Positions 28,899 through 38,664 are shown, numbered from the stretch's first letter. The stretch: DNA of 50,083 nucleotides from an uncultured Bacilli bacterium (GCA_947594925.1 CANQEJ010000004.1:1-50083); one strand, 5' to 3'. Program-made: numbers and translations. The notes: generated by a model from the letters alone, not told the origin.

Positions 28899-30617
28899 GT
28901 GAGTAGTACAACCTTTACTATTTTAGCCGTAAGTTATTATATACTTGCTGTAGCCATTGTTATAGTCGTTTTAAATTTAATTGGTAGAAAAGAAAAGAAT
29001 TCTTATAAAAATGAAATAAATTCATTAGAAAGAGATAAGAACTTAATTATCTCAGCATCTATTTTAACAGAACTAAATAAAGTAGAATCACTTTTAAATA
29101 ATGAAAAGATGGAAGAAACTTTTGGAGAGTGGCAAAAAAGATTTAAAAAGATTAAAGATGAAGAAGTTCCAAAAATATCGGATGAATTATTGGAAGTAGA
29201 AGAATTATTTCAAGATAAAAACTATAAAGATTTAAAACAAAAAATTGCTCAAATTGAATTACAAATATTTTATGTTAAAACTAGAGCTAATTTCTTACTA
29301 GAAGAAATTAGAGAAATAACTCTAAGTGAAGAAAAAAATCGTGAAACTATTACTAAACTTAAAACAATGTATCGAGAGATATTTAATAAATATAATAAAG
29401 AAAAAGAAGATTATAAGTTAATATCTAGTCCTATTGAATTACAATTTGAAAATGTTGATAAGTTATTTAGTGCATTTGAAATAGCAATGGACGATGGTTC
29501 ATTTTCTGAAGTAGGAAAAATTGTAAAGGCCATTGATGATACAATTGGTAATTTAAAATTAGTTATCGAAGAGGCACCTTCTATTATAATGATTGGAAAA
29601 ACTATTATTCCGAAAAAGATTGCAGATATTAAAACTATTTCTGAGAAGATGCGTAAAGATGGTTATAATATTGATTATTTAAATATTGAATATAATATTA
29701 CCGAAACAGAAAAGAAGATATCTGATATCTTTGCTCGCCTAAATGTTTTAAATATTGAAGATTCTATTTTTGAACTTAAAACTTTAGTAGATTATTATGA
29801 TAGTTTATATAATGATTTTGATAAAGAAAGAATTTCCAAAAAGATTTTTGAAGATTATTCACGCACTATTTTAGTTAAAGTAACGAAGTTAATGAAAATA
29901 AATAATGACCTTTTAAAGAAATTAGGAGCTATTAAATATAGTTATGATTTAACTGATGAAGATGTTAAAGTAGTAGGAGATATTAAAAAAGAATTTTTAG
30001 ATATTAAAAAAGAATATGACCAAGTTATTGCTGCGCATCGTTCGAAAGCTTTTGCTTATTCGCGTTTAGGCAAAGATATGGAAGTTTTAAATGTGCGTTT
30101 GACTAAAGCTGAGGAAAGATTAGAACTAGCTTTAAGAACTTTAGGAAGTTTAAAAGAAGATGAACTACGAGCTAGGGAACAATTAGATGAAATTAAAGAT
30201 ATTTTAAAGAAATCGAAATATAAAATTAAAAGCTTTAAATTACCAGTAGTTCCTAAAAAATATTATGTGGAATTAGCGGAGGCTACGGAAGCTATTCAAG
30301 AGATGGTTAGAGAGTTAGATAAAAAACCAATTTCTATTAAAGTTTTAAATACTAGGGTAGATACAGCCCGCGATTTAGTCTTGAAATTATTTAATACGAC
30401 TAATGAATTAGTGAAAACTGCCTGGATGGCAGAGATGGCTATTGTATATGGAAATCGTTATCGTCCTACTAATAAGGAGATTGATTTAGGTCTTTCTAAA
30501 GCCGAAGGTTTATTTAATAGGGGAAATTTTAAAGGGGCTTTAGAAAATGCTATTAATACAATTAATATTATTGAACCAGGAATTCATAAAAGGTTATTAG
30601 ATGCTTATCAAAATTAG
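28899..30617 (+). CDS. ezrA: Septation ring formation regulator EzrA
   Basis: N-terminal TM, long coiled coil, C-terminal AEMAIVYGNRYR (QNR-patch-like), divergent from rpsD as in Bacilli. Confidence 0.88.
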   Translation: MSSTTFTILAVSYYILAVAIVIVVLNLIGRKEKNSYKNEINSLERDKNLIISASILTELNKVESLLNNEKMEETFGEWQKRFKKIKDEEVPKISDELLEVEELFQDKNYKDLKQKIAQIELQIFYVKTRANFLLEEIREITLSEEKNRETITKLKTMYREIFNKYNKEKEDYKLISSPIELQFENVDKLFSAFEIAMDDGSFSEVGKIVKAIDDTIGNLKLVIEEAPSIIMIGKTIIPKKIADIKTISEKMRKDGYNIDYLNIEYNITETEKKISDIFARLNVLNIEDSIFELKTLVDYYDSLYNDFDKERISKKIFEDYSRTILVKVTKLMKINNDLLKKLGAIKYSYDLTDEDVKVVGDIKKEFLDIKKEYDQVIAAHRSKAFAYSRLGKDMEVLNVRLTKAEERLELALRTLGSLKEDELRAREQLDEIKDILKKSKYKIKSFKLPVVPKKYYVELAEATEAIQEMVRELDKKPISIKVLNTRVDTARDLVLKLFNTTNELVKTAWMAEMAIVYGNRYRPTNKEIDLGLSKAEGLFNRGNFKGALENAINTINIIEPGIHKRLLDAYQN

Positions 30618-30630
30618 AAAGAGGTCGTAA

Positions 30631-31350
30631 ATGAAAAAAACAATTATAATTATAATTGTAGTAATTGCTTTAGCAACTACGGCAATTATTTGCAATATTG
30701 ATTTTAAAAAAGAAGATAAAAAGGAAACAAAAGTTAGTGATGCTACTAAATTTAAAGAAGAATATGAAAAATTAAATGATGAGATAAATCCTAATAATCA
30801 AAAAAAATATCCTAAAATGAATATTCCTAGTGATAATGTTATTAAGTATGTTGATGTAAATGAGGTTTTAGATATTTTAGATAGTAAAACGGCAGTTATT
30901 TATTTTGGCTATCCCGAGTGTCCTTGGTGTCGTAATGCTGTTCCAGTTTTATTAAATGCCGCTGTAGGTATGGGGTTAAGTAGAATTTACTATTATAATG
31001 CTAATCAAATTAAAAATGTTAAAGAAGTCGATAAAGATGGTAATATTATTGAAACCCAAAAAGCTAAAGATGGTTACCGAGAACTTTTAGAGGCTTTAGA
31101 TAGTATTTTAGAAGAGTATACGTTAACAGATGCTAATGGAAAAACTGTGCATACTGGCGAGAAAAGAATATATGTTCCTTTAGTTGTGTTTGTTAAAGAT
31201 GGGGAAATTGTGGCTTATCATGAAGCGACTGTAGATTCCCAAGAAGACCCATATATCTTACTAGATGATAAACAAACGGAAGAATTATACAATATTTATG
31301 TAGATAATATCGGAAAAATTACAAATAGTACATGTGATGATAAGTGTTAA
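30631..31350 (+). CDS. Membrane-anchored thioredoxin-fold protein
   Basis: N-terminal TM; YFGYPECPWCR (CxxC); VPLVVFVKDG cis-Pro motif; terminal CDDKC. Confidence 0.8.
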   Translation: MKKTIIIIIVVIALATTAIICNIDFKKEDKKETKVSDATKFKEEYEKLNDEINPNNQKKYPKMNIPSDNVIKYVDVNEVLDILDSKTAVIYFGYPECPWCRNAVPVLLNAAVGMGLSRIYYYNANQIKNVKEVDKDGNIIETQKAKDGYRELLEALDSILEEYTLTDANGKTVHTGEKRIYVPLVVFVKDGEIVAYHEATVDSQEDPYILLDDKQTEELYNIYVDNIGKITNSTCDDKC

Positions 31351-31407
31351 GAATTTGCTAAATTTAGCAAATTTTTTTGTCAAACTTGTAAAAAATGCCG
31401 AAAATTG

Positions 31408-31523
31408 TTGAAATGTGACGAATGTTAATATATAATTTACTTAGAGTGCCAAAGCAAGTATATGGGCATTTAGTTCAGGGGATTACTCATAAATTAGTCC
31501 TATGAATAAAGTGGGATTTTTTT
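31408..31523 (+). promoter_or_regulatory. SigA promoter and structured leader ending in a terminator-like hairpin
   Basis: TTGAAA-17-TATAAT (31408-31436); hairpin AGTCCTAT/GTGGGATT plus T-run at 31496-31523. Confidence 0.55.
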
Positions 31524-31567
31524 GTGAAGTTATTCTAAAAAATATAGTAGTAAAAACGGGAGGGAAT

Positions 31568-32650
31568 ATGGAAAAGAAAAATGAACTTGCAAAAGAAGAA
31601 AGAACAATATTTATTGTTCTAGCTATTATTGTTTTAGTAGCTATAGGGGTTTTAGTAACTTGGTATTTTACTAAAGATAAAGATTTAGAAGAAAAAGACA
31701 AAGTTACAAAGGATAAGACAGTGGAAACTAAGAAGAAAGATACTAGCGATTTAGATGAAGATTCTGATTATACTTATACACCAACTGATAAAGTAGTAGT
31801 AAGCGATAATGTTGTGGAAGAAGAAGTAGAAGTTGTCAATGTTGCCGAAGTTGCTCAAGCAGAAACTGGTAGTATTGTAAATGATGAATCATATGATTAT
31901 AGAATACCTTTTTATCTAGTAAGTGATACAGTAGCATTTGATAATGCTGTTACAATGGATGAAACAGGAGAAATTGTTAATATTAATGAAGGTAAAATTA
32001 TTAAAGTAAAAGGTTATAAAGATTATACGGAAGATATGATTACTCCAGAAGAAATTGATGTAACTGGTAATTATATTATTAATGAAGATAATACAATAAC
32101 ATTTACTGCTAATGGTGTATACGGAATTGTTATTCAAAATAGTGATGGAAAAGAACATGAAGTATATGTCAGAGTATACGATAATCAACAATTTAATATT
32201 ATGTCTAATTCATTTGTTGATTTAATTTTAGAAGACTTACAACCTATTAATTCATATGATGCTAATAAATATACTGAATTTATGAACGCTTTATATGATT
32301 ATAAAAATTTTGTAGGTAGTGATAATGATAAGAGAGTAGCTTTTGGTAATTTAATGAGTTTATTCGGTGAATTATTAGAAACTTATAATCCTAATGTTAC
32401 ATATGGTACTGGTAAAGCCGAAGAAGATAAAGAAAATGAAGTTACTTATGGAACCGGAGGAGCAAGTGAAGGAACTGTTCAAACTGTTGTAACATATGGT
32501 ACAGGTGGTAGTGAAGCTACACTAAATGAAGTTACATATGGTACTGGTAAAGCCGAAGAAGAAATAGTTAATTCAGTTATTTATGGTACTGGAAAAGGAC
32601 CTGATGAAGGTAGCAATAATATAACATATGGTACGGGAATTCCGGCCTAA
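31568..32650 (+). CDS. Membrane-anchored acidic protein with six C-terminal (V/I)(T/I)YGTG repeats
   Basis: Start reassigned to ATG 31568 (SD GGAGG); single N-terminal TM; repeats visible in the translation. Confidence 0.75.
   Translation: MEKKNELAKEERTIFIVLAIIVLVAIGVLVTWYFTKDKDLEEKDKVTKDKTVETKKKDTSDLDEDSDYTYTPTDKVVVSDNVVEEEVEVVNVAEVAQAETGSIVNDESYDYRIPFYLVSDTVAFDNAVTMDETGEIVNINEGKIIKVKGYKDYTEDMITPEEIDVTGNYIINEDNTITFTANGVYGIVIQNSDGKEHEVYVRVYDNQQFNIMSNSFVDLILEDLQPINSYDANKYTEFMNALYDYKNFVGSDNDKRVAFGNLMSLFGELLETYNPNVTYGTGKAEEDKENEVTYGTGGASEGTVQTVVTYGTGGSEATLNEVTYGTGKAEEEIVNSVIYGTGKGPDEGSNNITYGTGIPA
32393..32650 (+). repeat. Intragenic degenerate tandem repeat (~15 codons x6)
   Basis: 32-nt exact duplicate GTTACATATGGTACTGGTAAAGCCGAAGAAGA at 32396-32427 and 32531-32562. 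Confidence 0.9.
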
Positions 32651-32731
32651 ATAAAAAAGAACGACTAGAGTAATAGTTGTTTCTTTTTTTGGGAAAATAA
32701 TTTATAATAAAAGAAGAAAGGGTGGTCATTT

Positions 32732-34015
32732 ATGAAAACAATTTCTTTACTCCCTGCTGATGTGTACACAGTTGTAAATAGAACCATCCTAACGGAAGTA
32801 GATAAAAAGAATTTAATTACTTTATATGAACCTATTATTGGTTCTTTAGCAGTAAGTTTATATTTAACTTTATGGCGTGATTTAGATAAGTTAGAAATAG
32901 TTAGTATTGATTATACTCATCATCATTTAATGAGTATTTTAAAGATGGATTTAGATACAATTAGAATAGCAAGAGAAGCTTTAGAAAGTGTAGGGTTAGT
33001 CAAAACATTTTATAAAGAAGGTCAAATAAATAGTTATGTTTATGAGTTATATTCGCCAATGGCTGCTAGTGAGTTTTTTGCCCATCCCATTTTAAATGTT
33101 ATATTATATAATAATTTAGGAAAAAAAGAATATGATTTAATCAAAAAAGAATATGAACAAAGACATATGGATTTAACTGGTTATACCGATATTTCGAAAA
33201 TGTTAAATATGACTTTTAAATCTATTAGTTCTAACATTGAACATTTTGAAGTGCAAGAACATCAAAATAATCCTATTAAATTAGAAGAACAAATTGATTT
33301 TGATTTAATAACATCATCTATTCCAAAAGGGATTTTAAATGAGAAAGCTTTTAATAAAAAAACTAAAGAACTTATTAATGAGCTAGCATTTTTATATAAT
33401 TTAGATTCTCTTAAAATGGCTGAGATTTTAAGAACTGTAATTAATGAAAAAGGTTTTATTGATAAAGAAAATCTTCGAAAAAGTATTCGTAAGTATTATC
33501 AATTTAATAATAATGGCAGTCTGCCAACTTTAATATATCGTAAGCAACCAGAGTATTTAAGAAGTCCAAGTGGAGATACATCTAAGCGTGGAAGAATAAT
33601 TCATGTCTTTGAAACAACTAGTCCTTATGACTTTTTAAAAAGTAAATATAAAGGAGTAAGACCAACCAGTCGCGATTTAAAATTATTAGAATATTTAGTC
33701 GTTGATTTAGAATTAAAACCTGCAGTAGTAAATGTTTTAATTGATTATGTTTTAAGAAGAAATAATAATAAATTAAATCAAGCTTTTATTGAAGCTATAG
33801 CAGGACAATGGAAAAGACTTAATATTAAAACTGCTTCAGAAGCTATGAGTGTTGCGGAAAAAGAACATCAAAAATATACGAAAAAAGCAACGAAAGTTAC
33901 AACAACTAAGATTAGTGAAAAACAGCCAGTATGGTTTAATCAAAATATAACTAAAGAAGAAATAAGCCCAGAAGAAAAAGAAGAATTAGAAGACTTATTA
34001 AAAGAATTTAAGTAG
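32732..34015 (+). CDS. dnaB: Replication initiation/membrane attachment protein DnaB (Firmicute helicase-loader cofactor)
   Basis: LYEPIIG..AVSLYLTL, LESVGLVKT, VVNVLIDYV, IAGQW; upstream of dnaI. Confidence 0.88.
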   Translation: MKTISLLPADVYTVVNRTILTEVDKKNLITLYEPIIGSLAVSLYLTLWRDLDKLEIVSIDYTHHHLMSILKMDLDTIRIAREALESVGLVKTFYKEGQINSYVYELYSPMAASEFFAHPILNVILYNNLGKKEYDLIKKEYEQRHMDLTGYTDISKMLNMTFKSISSNIEHFEVQEHQNNPIKLEEQIDFDLITSSIPKGILNEKAFNKKTKELINELAFLYNLDSLKMAEILRTVINEKGFIDKENLRKSIRKYYQFNNNGSLPTLIYRKQPEYLRSPSGDTSKRGRIIHVFETTSPYDFLKSKYKGVRPTSRDLKLLEYLVVDLELKPAVVNVLIDYVLRRNNNKLNQAFIEAIAGQWKRLNIKTASEAMSVAEKEHQKYTKKATKVTTTKISEKQPVWFNQNITKEEISPEEKEELEDLLKEFK

Positions 34016-34023
34016 GTGAAATT

Positions 34024-34908
34024 ATGCTTGAAGTAAATAATAAATTAACAAGTAAGAAAGATTTAAATAGCACTTTAAAAAAGGATTTAACGATTGCTTT
34101 AACAAATCCACAAGTAAAGGCAATTGTAACTAATTTAAATATTCCTTTAGAAGTAGCAATGAAATATACTTCGAAATTAGAAGATGCAGCCGTAGAGTTA
34201 AATAATTGTGAAAATTGTTCTTCTTTATTTGCTTGCAAAAATAAAATAGAAGGATATGCTTACTGTCCTAAAGTAGATGATGATAAATTAATATTTTCTT
34301 ATTTTGCATGTAAATATAAAGAAAAAGAATTACAAAAGGAAAAACAAAATGCTAGTAAAAAAGAAAAAGTACGGATGAAAGATATTGATATTAATGATAA
34401 AAATAGGGTCAAAGTTATTAAGTGGTTAAAATCTTATTATGATAATTATGAAAAAAACCCTAATCAAAAGGGTCTTTATTTACATGGTAATTTTGGTTGT
34501 GGTAAAACTTTTTTAATCTCGGCTTTATTAAATGAGTTAAGTGAGAAAAGAGTGAAAACGGAAATTGTTTATTTTCCAGAAATGCTTCGAGATTTAAAAG
34601 ATGATTGGGATACTTTTGCCGAGAAAATGGATTATTATGAAAATGTTGATATTTTATTAATTGATGATATTGGAGCAGAGAAAGTAACAACATGGGGTCG
34701 TGATGAAATATTAGGAACAATTTTACAACATCGGATGGATAATCATTTATCAACTTTTTTTACTTCTAATTTAACTATTGCTGAATTAGAACATCATTTA
34801 GCTTTATCAAATTATAGTGAAGATGGCGTAAAAGCGCGTCGAATTATTGAAAGAATAAAACAATTAACTGTGGATATGGAAATGATTAGTGAAAATAAAC
34901 GGGATTAA
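34024..34908 (+). CDS. dnaI: Primosomal helicase loader DnaI
   Basis: N-terminal Cys cluster, GLYLHGNFGCGKT, LLIDDIGAE, RDEILGTILQHRM, TFFTSN. Confidence 0.93.
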   Translation: MLEVNNKLTSKKDLNSTLKKDLTIALTNPQVKAIVTNLNIPLEVAMKYTSKLEDAAVELNNCENCSSLFACKNKIEGYAYCPKVDDDKLIFSYFACKYKEKELQKEKQNASKKEKVRMKDIDINDKNRVKVIKWLKSYYDNYEKNPNQKGLYLHGNFGCGKTFLISALLNELSEKRVKTEIVYFPEMLRDLKDDWDTFAEKMDYYENVDILLIDDIGAEKVTTWGRDEILGTILQHRMDNHLSTFFTSNLTIAELEHHLALSNYSEDGVKARRIIERIKQLTVDMEMISENKRD

Positions 34909-34919
34909 GAGGACCAGTT

Positions 34920-35462
34920 ATGAAGAAGTATTATAAAATTATTCCTATTGGAGCTTTAATTATTTTAGTTTTATTACTTTTTATTAATTATTTATATATT
35001 AATGATTATACTAATTCTATTTATGTTATGACCCAAAAAGATGAAAGTGGTAAAATAGCGTATTATGAAATTAATGACCGAAAAAATTATCGAGAAGTAG
35101 AAAAGTTTAAACCAGCGAAGAGTAAAGTATTAACCTTAAATAATTGTTATAATATGAAAAAAGTTAAGGAAGAAAGTGAGACTTCTTTAGAAGAGTTATG
35201 TACTTTACGAGATAGTCAAAATGATGCTGTGTATTTAACCCAAGATTTAAGAAATATTGTTTCTTTAATTGGAAAGAAAGTGCATCATGAAATATTAGTA
35301 GGGAAAGTAATAATATTGGACGATGATTATTATGTGGTAATTAGAACCAATGTTAATTGGTATTCTCCTTGTGATTTATATAAATATAATAAAGAAAAAA
35401 AGGAATTAGAAATTATATATAATTTTAATAAAGAAGAAGTAGTAGGTATCAAATTAAAGTGA
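34920..35462 (+). CDS. Hypothetical protein with N-terminal membrane anchor
   Basis: 180-aa ORF, SD GAGGA, N-terminal TM. Confidence 0.7.
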   Translation: MKKYYKIIPIGALIILVLLLFINYLYINDYTNSIYVMTQKDESGKIAYYEINDRKNYREVEKFKPAKSKVLTLNNCYNMKKVKEESETSLEELCTLRDSQNDAVYLTQDLRNIVSLIGKKVHHEILVGKVIILDDDYYVVIRTNVNWYSPCDLYKYNKEKKELEIIYNFNKEEVVGIKLK

Positions 35463-35649
35463 TACATCGAAAGTTCGTGTTTTTAAAGGTTATAGGATAG
35501 TAAAATAGATTTAGGAATATATATTATAGAGTCTGGGGGTTTAACATATAATTTTCGATGTATCGGCAGGTAGAATAACATATAGTAAAATAGAAATTTG
35601 TCACAATTTGCTAAAAATAAAAAATATTTTGATAAAAGGAAGTGTTTAG

Positions 35650-36003
35650 ATGTCTCAGTATGCTCATAAGGCAATGACTAAAGATTTAATTAAGTTTTGT
35701 GATTATATGTATGGACGCAAAACGCCTAAAACTAAAAGAGATATAGAAAACTTTGAAGCTAATTATTTTGCTATGTGTCTTCTGCTTCCCGAAAATCTAT
35801 TAATGGAAACGACCTTAGTATTATGTGGGAGTTTAAAAGTTTTATTAGAAAATAGGGATTATTTTAATTGTATTGCTACTTTATTTAATGTTGAGCCTTG
35901 GCTTCTTAAAGTAAGAATAGATGAAATTTTAGCTAAAGAAGATTATGAAATATTAGAACAAGAAAGTAAAAATACCTTAATTAGAAAATTTACTAATAAT
36001 TAG
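35650..36003 (+). CDS. ImmA/IrrE (DUF955)-like C-terminal fragment lacking HExxH
   Basis: EANYFAMCLLLP and IATLFNV..LLKVRI match the ImmA/IrrE C-terminal pattern. Confidence 0.55.
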   Translation: MSQYAHKAMTKDLIKFCDYMYGRKTPKTKRDIENFEANYFAMCLLLPENLLMETTLVLCGSLKVLLENRDYFNCIATLFNVEPWLLKVRIDEILAKEDYEILEQESKNTLIRKFTNN

Positions 36004-36062
36004 TTATTAAAATATTAAGGAATTGATTTGCTATCTTGGTTAAAAAGTTATATAATATATTC

Positions 36063-36260
36063 GTAAATTGATTATGAAAGACATGATTTTTAAGAACTTT
36101 TTAAAAAGAGACTTAGTGGTTGGTGGAAACTAAGAGAAGACTTAAAAGTTACTCCTTTCTAGAGAGTTTAATAAACTCCGGTTAGAAGCCGTTATCTTAA
36201 ATTAAGCAAACAAAGGATGGTACCGTCATTAAATTGGCTCCTTGGTATTATCCTTTTTTA
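36063..36260 (+). promoter_or_regulatory. T-box riboswitch (threonine)
   Basis: Promoter TTGCTA-17-TATAAT (36028-56); AGAGA box, GGTGG distal loop, candidate ACT specifier, GCCGTTA motif, T-box AAGGATGGTACC (36213-24); precedes the thrS operon. Confidence 0.85.
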
Positions 36261-36275
36261 TTTTAAAGGAGGAAT

Positions 36276-36896
36276 ATGATGAATATAGAGGTATTTACCC
36301 AATCAGCAATTAAACTTACAGGTAAGAATATTATTTATTTTGACCCATATAAAATTGCTACGGCGTTTCATGATGCTGATTATATATTTATTACCCATGA
36401 CCATTATGACCATTTTGATTTAGCATCACTTAAAAATGTTATGAAAGATGATACTAAATTAATAATTCCTAAAATAATGGAAAAAGAAGGAAGAAAAGTT
36501 ACAAATAATATTATGTTAGTGGAACCTAATCAAAATTATGAATTAGATAGTTTAGTTTTTCGGACATCTGCTTCTTATAATTTAGATAAACCTTATCACC
36601 CTCAAGAAAAAGGTTATGTTGGTTATAATATTAAGATAGATGAGACTTGGTATTATATTATGGGAGATACTGATGTTACAGAGGATATTAAAGATATTAA
36701 AACGGATATATGTTTTGTTCCGATTGGAGGAACTTATACGATGAACGTTCAAGAAGCTGCTTCTTATATTAATGAAATAAAACCGAAAAAGGTAATTCCA
36801 ATTCATTATGGAAGTATTGTTGGTGATATTAGTTTAAAAGATGATTTTCAAAATTTAATTAATAAAGATATTATAGTAGATATTTATATAAAATAG
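36276..36896 (+). CDS. MBL-fold metallo-hydrolase
   Basis: YFDPY, ITHDHYDHFD, GDT, PIGGTYTM, IPIHYG. Confidence 0.9.
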   Translation: MMNIEVFTQSAIKLTGKNIIYFDPYKIATAFHDADYIFITHDHYDHFDLASLKNVMKDDTKLIIPKIMEKEGRKVTNNIMLVEPNQNYELDSLVFRTSASYNLDKPYHPQEKGYVGYNIKIDETWYYIMGDTDVTEDIKDIKTDICFVPIGGTYTMNVQEAASYINEIKPKKVIPIHYGSIVGDISLKDDFQNLINKDIIVDIYIK

Positions 36897-36909
36897 GAGG
36901 AATTTAATA

Positions 36910-38664
36910 ATGATAAATATTAAAGAAAATGAAAATTTAAATACGTTAAATCATAGCTGCGCACATGTATTGGCTCAAGCTATTAAACATTTATATCCAG
37001 ATGCGAAATTTTGGGTAGGACCTGTAGTCGATAGTGGCTTTTATTACGATATTGATTTAGGCGATATTGTAATTAAAGAAGAAGATTTTCCTAAAATTGA
37101 AAAGGAAATGAAAAAAATTATTAAAGATGGAAAAAGAATAGTTCGTAAGGAACTTTCGAAAGATGAAGCTTTAGAGATGTTTAAAGATGACCCTTATAAG
37201 ATTGATTTAATTTCCAGGATGGATGAAGAAAATACCGTTATTTCTTGTTATACGCAAGGCGATTTTACAGACCTTTGTCGGGGACCACATATGGAAACAG
37301 TTAAAGCTTGTAAGAATTTTAAATTATTAAAAGTTTCCGGAGCTTACTGGAAGGGAGACAAAAATAATAAGGTTTTACAAAGAATTTATGGTGTTTGCTT
37401 TCCCACTGAAGAAGAGTTAACTGCTTATTTAGAAGAATTAGAAGAAGCTAAAAATCGTGACCATCGTAAAATAGGTAAAGATTTAGATATTTTCTTTATG
37501 AACGATTTAGTTGGTAAAGGGTTACCTATGTATTTACCAAATGGTTATATAATTTGGGAAGAGTTAGAAAATTATATTAAGGATAAAGAGAAAAAGTTAG
37601 GATATCAACATGTTTTAACACCACCTTTAGGAAATGTTGAGTTATATAAAACTTCTGGTCACTGGGAACATTACAAAGATAATATGTTTCCTAAAATGGA
37701 AGTGGAAGGCGAAGAATTTGTTTTACGTCCAATGAATTGTCCTCATCATATGATGATTTATGCTAATGCTATACACTCATATCGCGATTTACCAATTAGA
37801 ATAGGGGAAATTGCTCGTGACTGTCGCTTTGAAGCTAGTGGAGCTTTAAAAGGAATTGAAAGAACTCGTTCTTTTTGTCAAAATGATGCGCATCTTTTCG
37901 TAACGCCAGAACAAATTGAAAGTGAATTTACCAGTGTCGTTAATTTAATTTTAGAAGCTTATAAAGATTTAAATATTACTAATTATACATTTGAACTTTC
38001 TTTAAGAGACCCAGATGATAAAGTTAAATATCATAATGACGATGCTATGTGGGATATGGCTGAAGATACTTTAAGAAAAGTTTTAAATAATATTGGAATT
38101 GTTTATACGGAAAAAATAGGGGAAGCAGCTTTTTATGGACCAAAACTTGATGTTCAAGTTAAACCAGCGGTAGGAAATGAGATAACAATTTCTACTTGTC
38201 AATTAGATTTCTGTCTGCCAGCAAAATTCAATTTAACATATGTCGATAAAGATGGTTCGAAAAAAACACCAGTTGTTTTACACCGGGCTGTATTTGGTTC
38301 TATTGACCGTTTTATTGCTTACTATTTAGAAGAAACAAAAGGGGCTCTTCCTTTATGGTTATCACCAGTGCAAATCAATGTTATTCCTGTTAATAATGCT
38401 TATCATTTAAAATATGCAGAAGAGATATATGAAACATTAAAAGAGCAAGGTTTTAGAGTAGAACTTGATGACCGAGATGAAAAATTAGGCTATAAAATGC
38501 GTGAAAGTCAAACTAGAAAAATTCCTTATAATCTTATTTTAGGTCAAAAGGAAGTAGATGACAAAACTATTAGTTATCGTAAATATAGTCAGACTGAAAC
38601 TGTTACTTTAAATACGAAAGAATTTATTAAACAAATTCAAAATGAAAAGAATAATTATCAATAA
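36910..38664 (+). CDS. thrS: Threonine--tRNA ligase (no N-terminal TGS domain)
   Basis: HSCAH, DLCRGPH, RDHRKIG, LRPMNCPHH, EAAFYGPKLD, HRAVFGS. Confidence 0.97.
   Translation: MINIKENENLNTLNHSCAHVLAQAIKHLYPDAKFWVGPVVDSGFYYDIDLGDIVIKEEDFPKIEKEMKKIIKDGKRIVRKELSKDEALEMFKDDPYKIDLISRMDEENTVISCYTQGDFTDLCRGPHMETVKACKNFKLLKVSGAYWKGDKNNKVLQRIYGVCFPTEEELTAYLEELEEAKNRDHRKIGKDLDIFFMNDLVGKGLPMYLPNGYIIWEELENYIKDKEKKLGYQHVLTPPLGNVELYKTSGHWEHYKDNMFPKMEVEGEEFVLRPMNCPHHMMIYANAIHSYRDLPIRIGEIARDCRFEASGALKGIERTRSFCQNDAHLFVTPEQIESEFTSVVNLILEAYKDLNITNYTFELSLRDPDDKVKYHNDDAMWDMAEDTLRKVLNNIGIVYTEKIGEAAFYGPKLDVQVKPAVGNEITISTCQLDFCLPAKFNLTYVDKDGSKKTPVVLHRAVFGSIDRFIAYYLEETKGALPLWLSPVQINVIPVNNAYHLKYAEEIYETLKEQGFRVELDDRDEKLGYKMRESQTRKIPYNLILGQKEVDDKTISYRKYSQTETVTLNTKEFIKQIQNEKNNYQ

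Noticed and set aside
32393-32650. CRISPR array
   Set aside because: The repeats are in-frame coding, degenerate at third positions, with short spacers and no cas genes.
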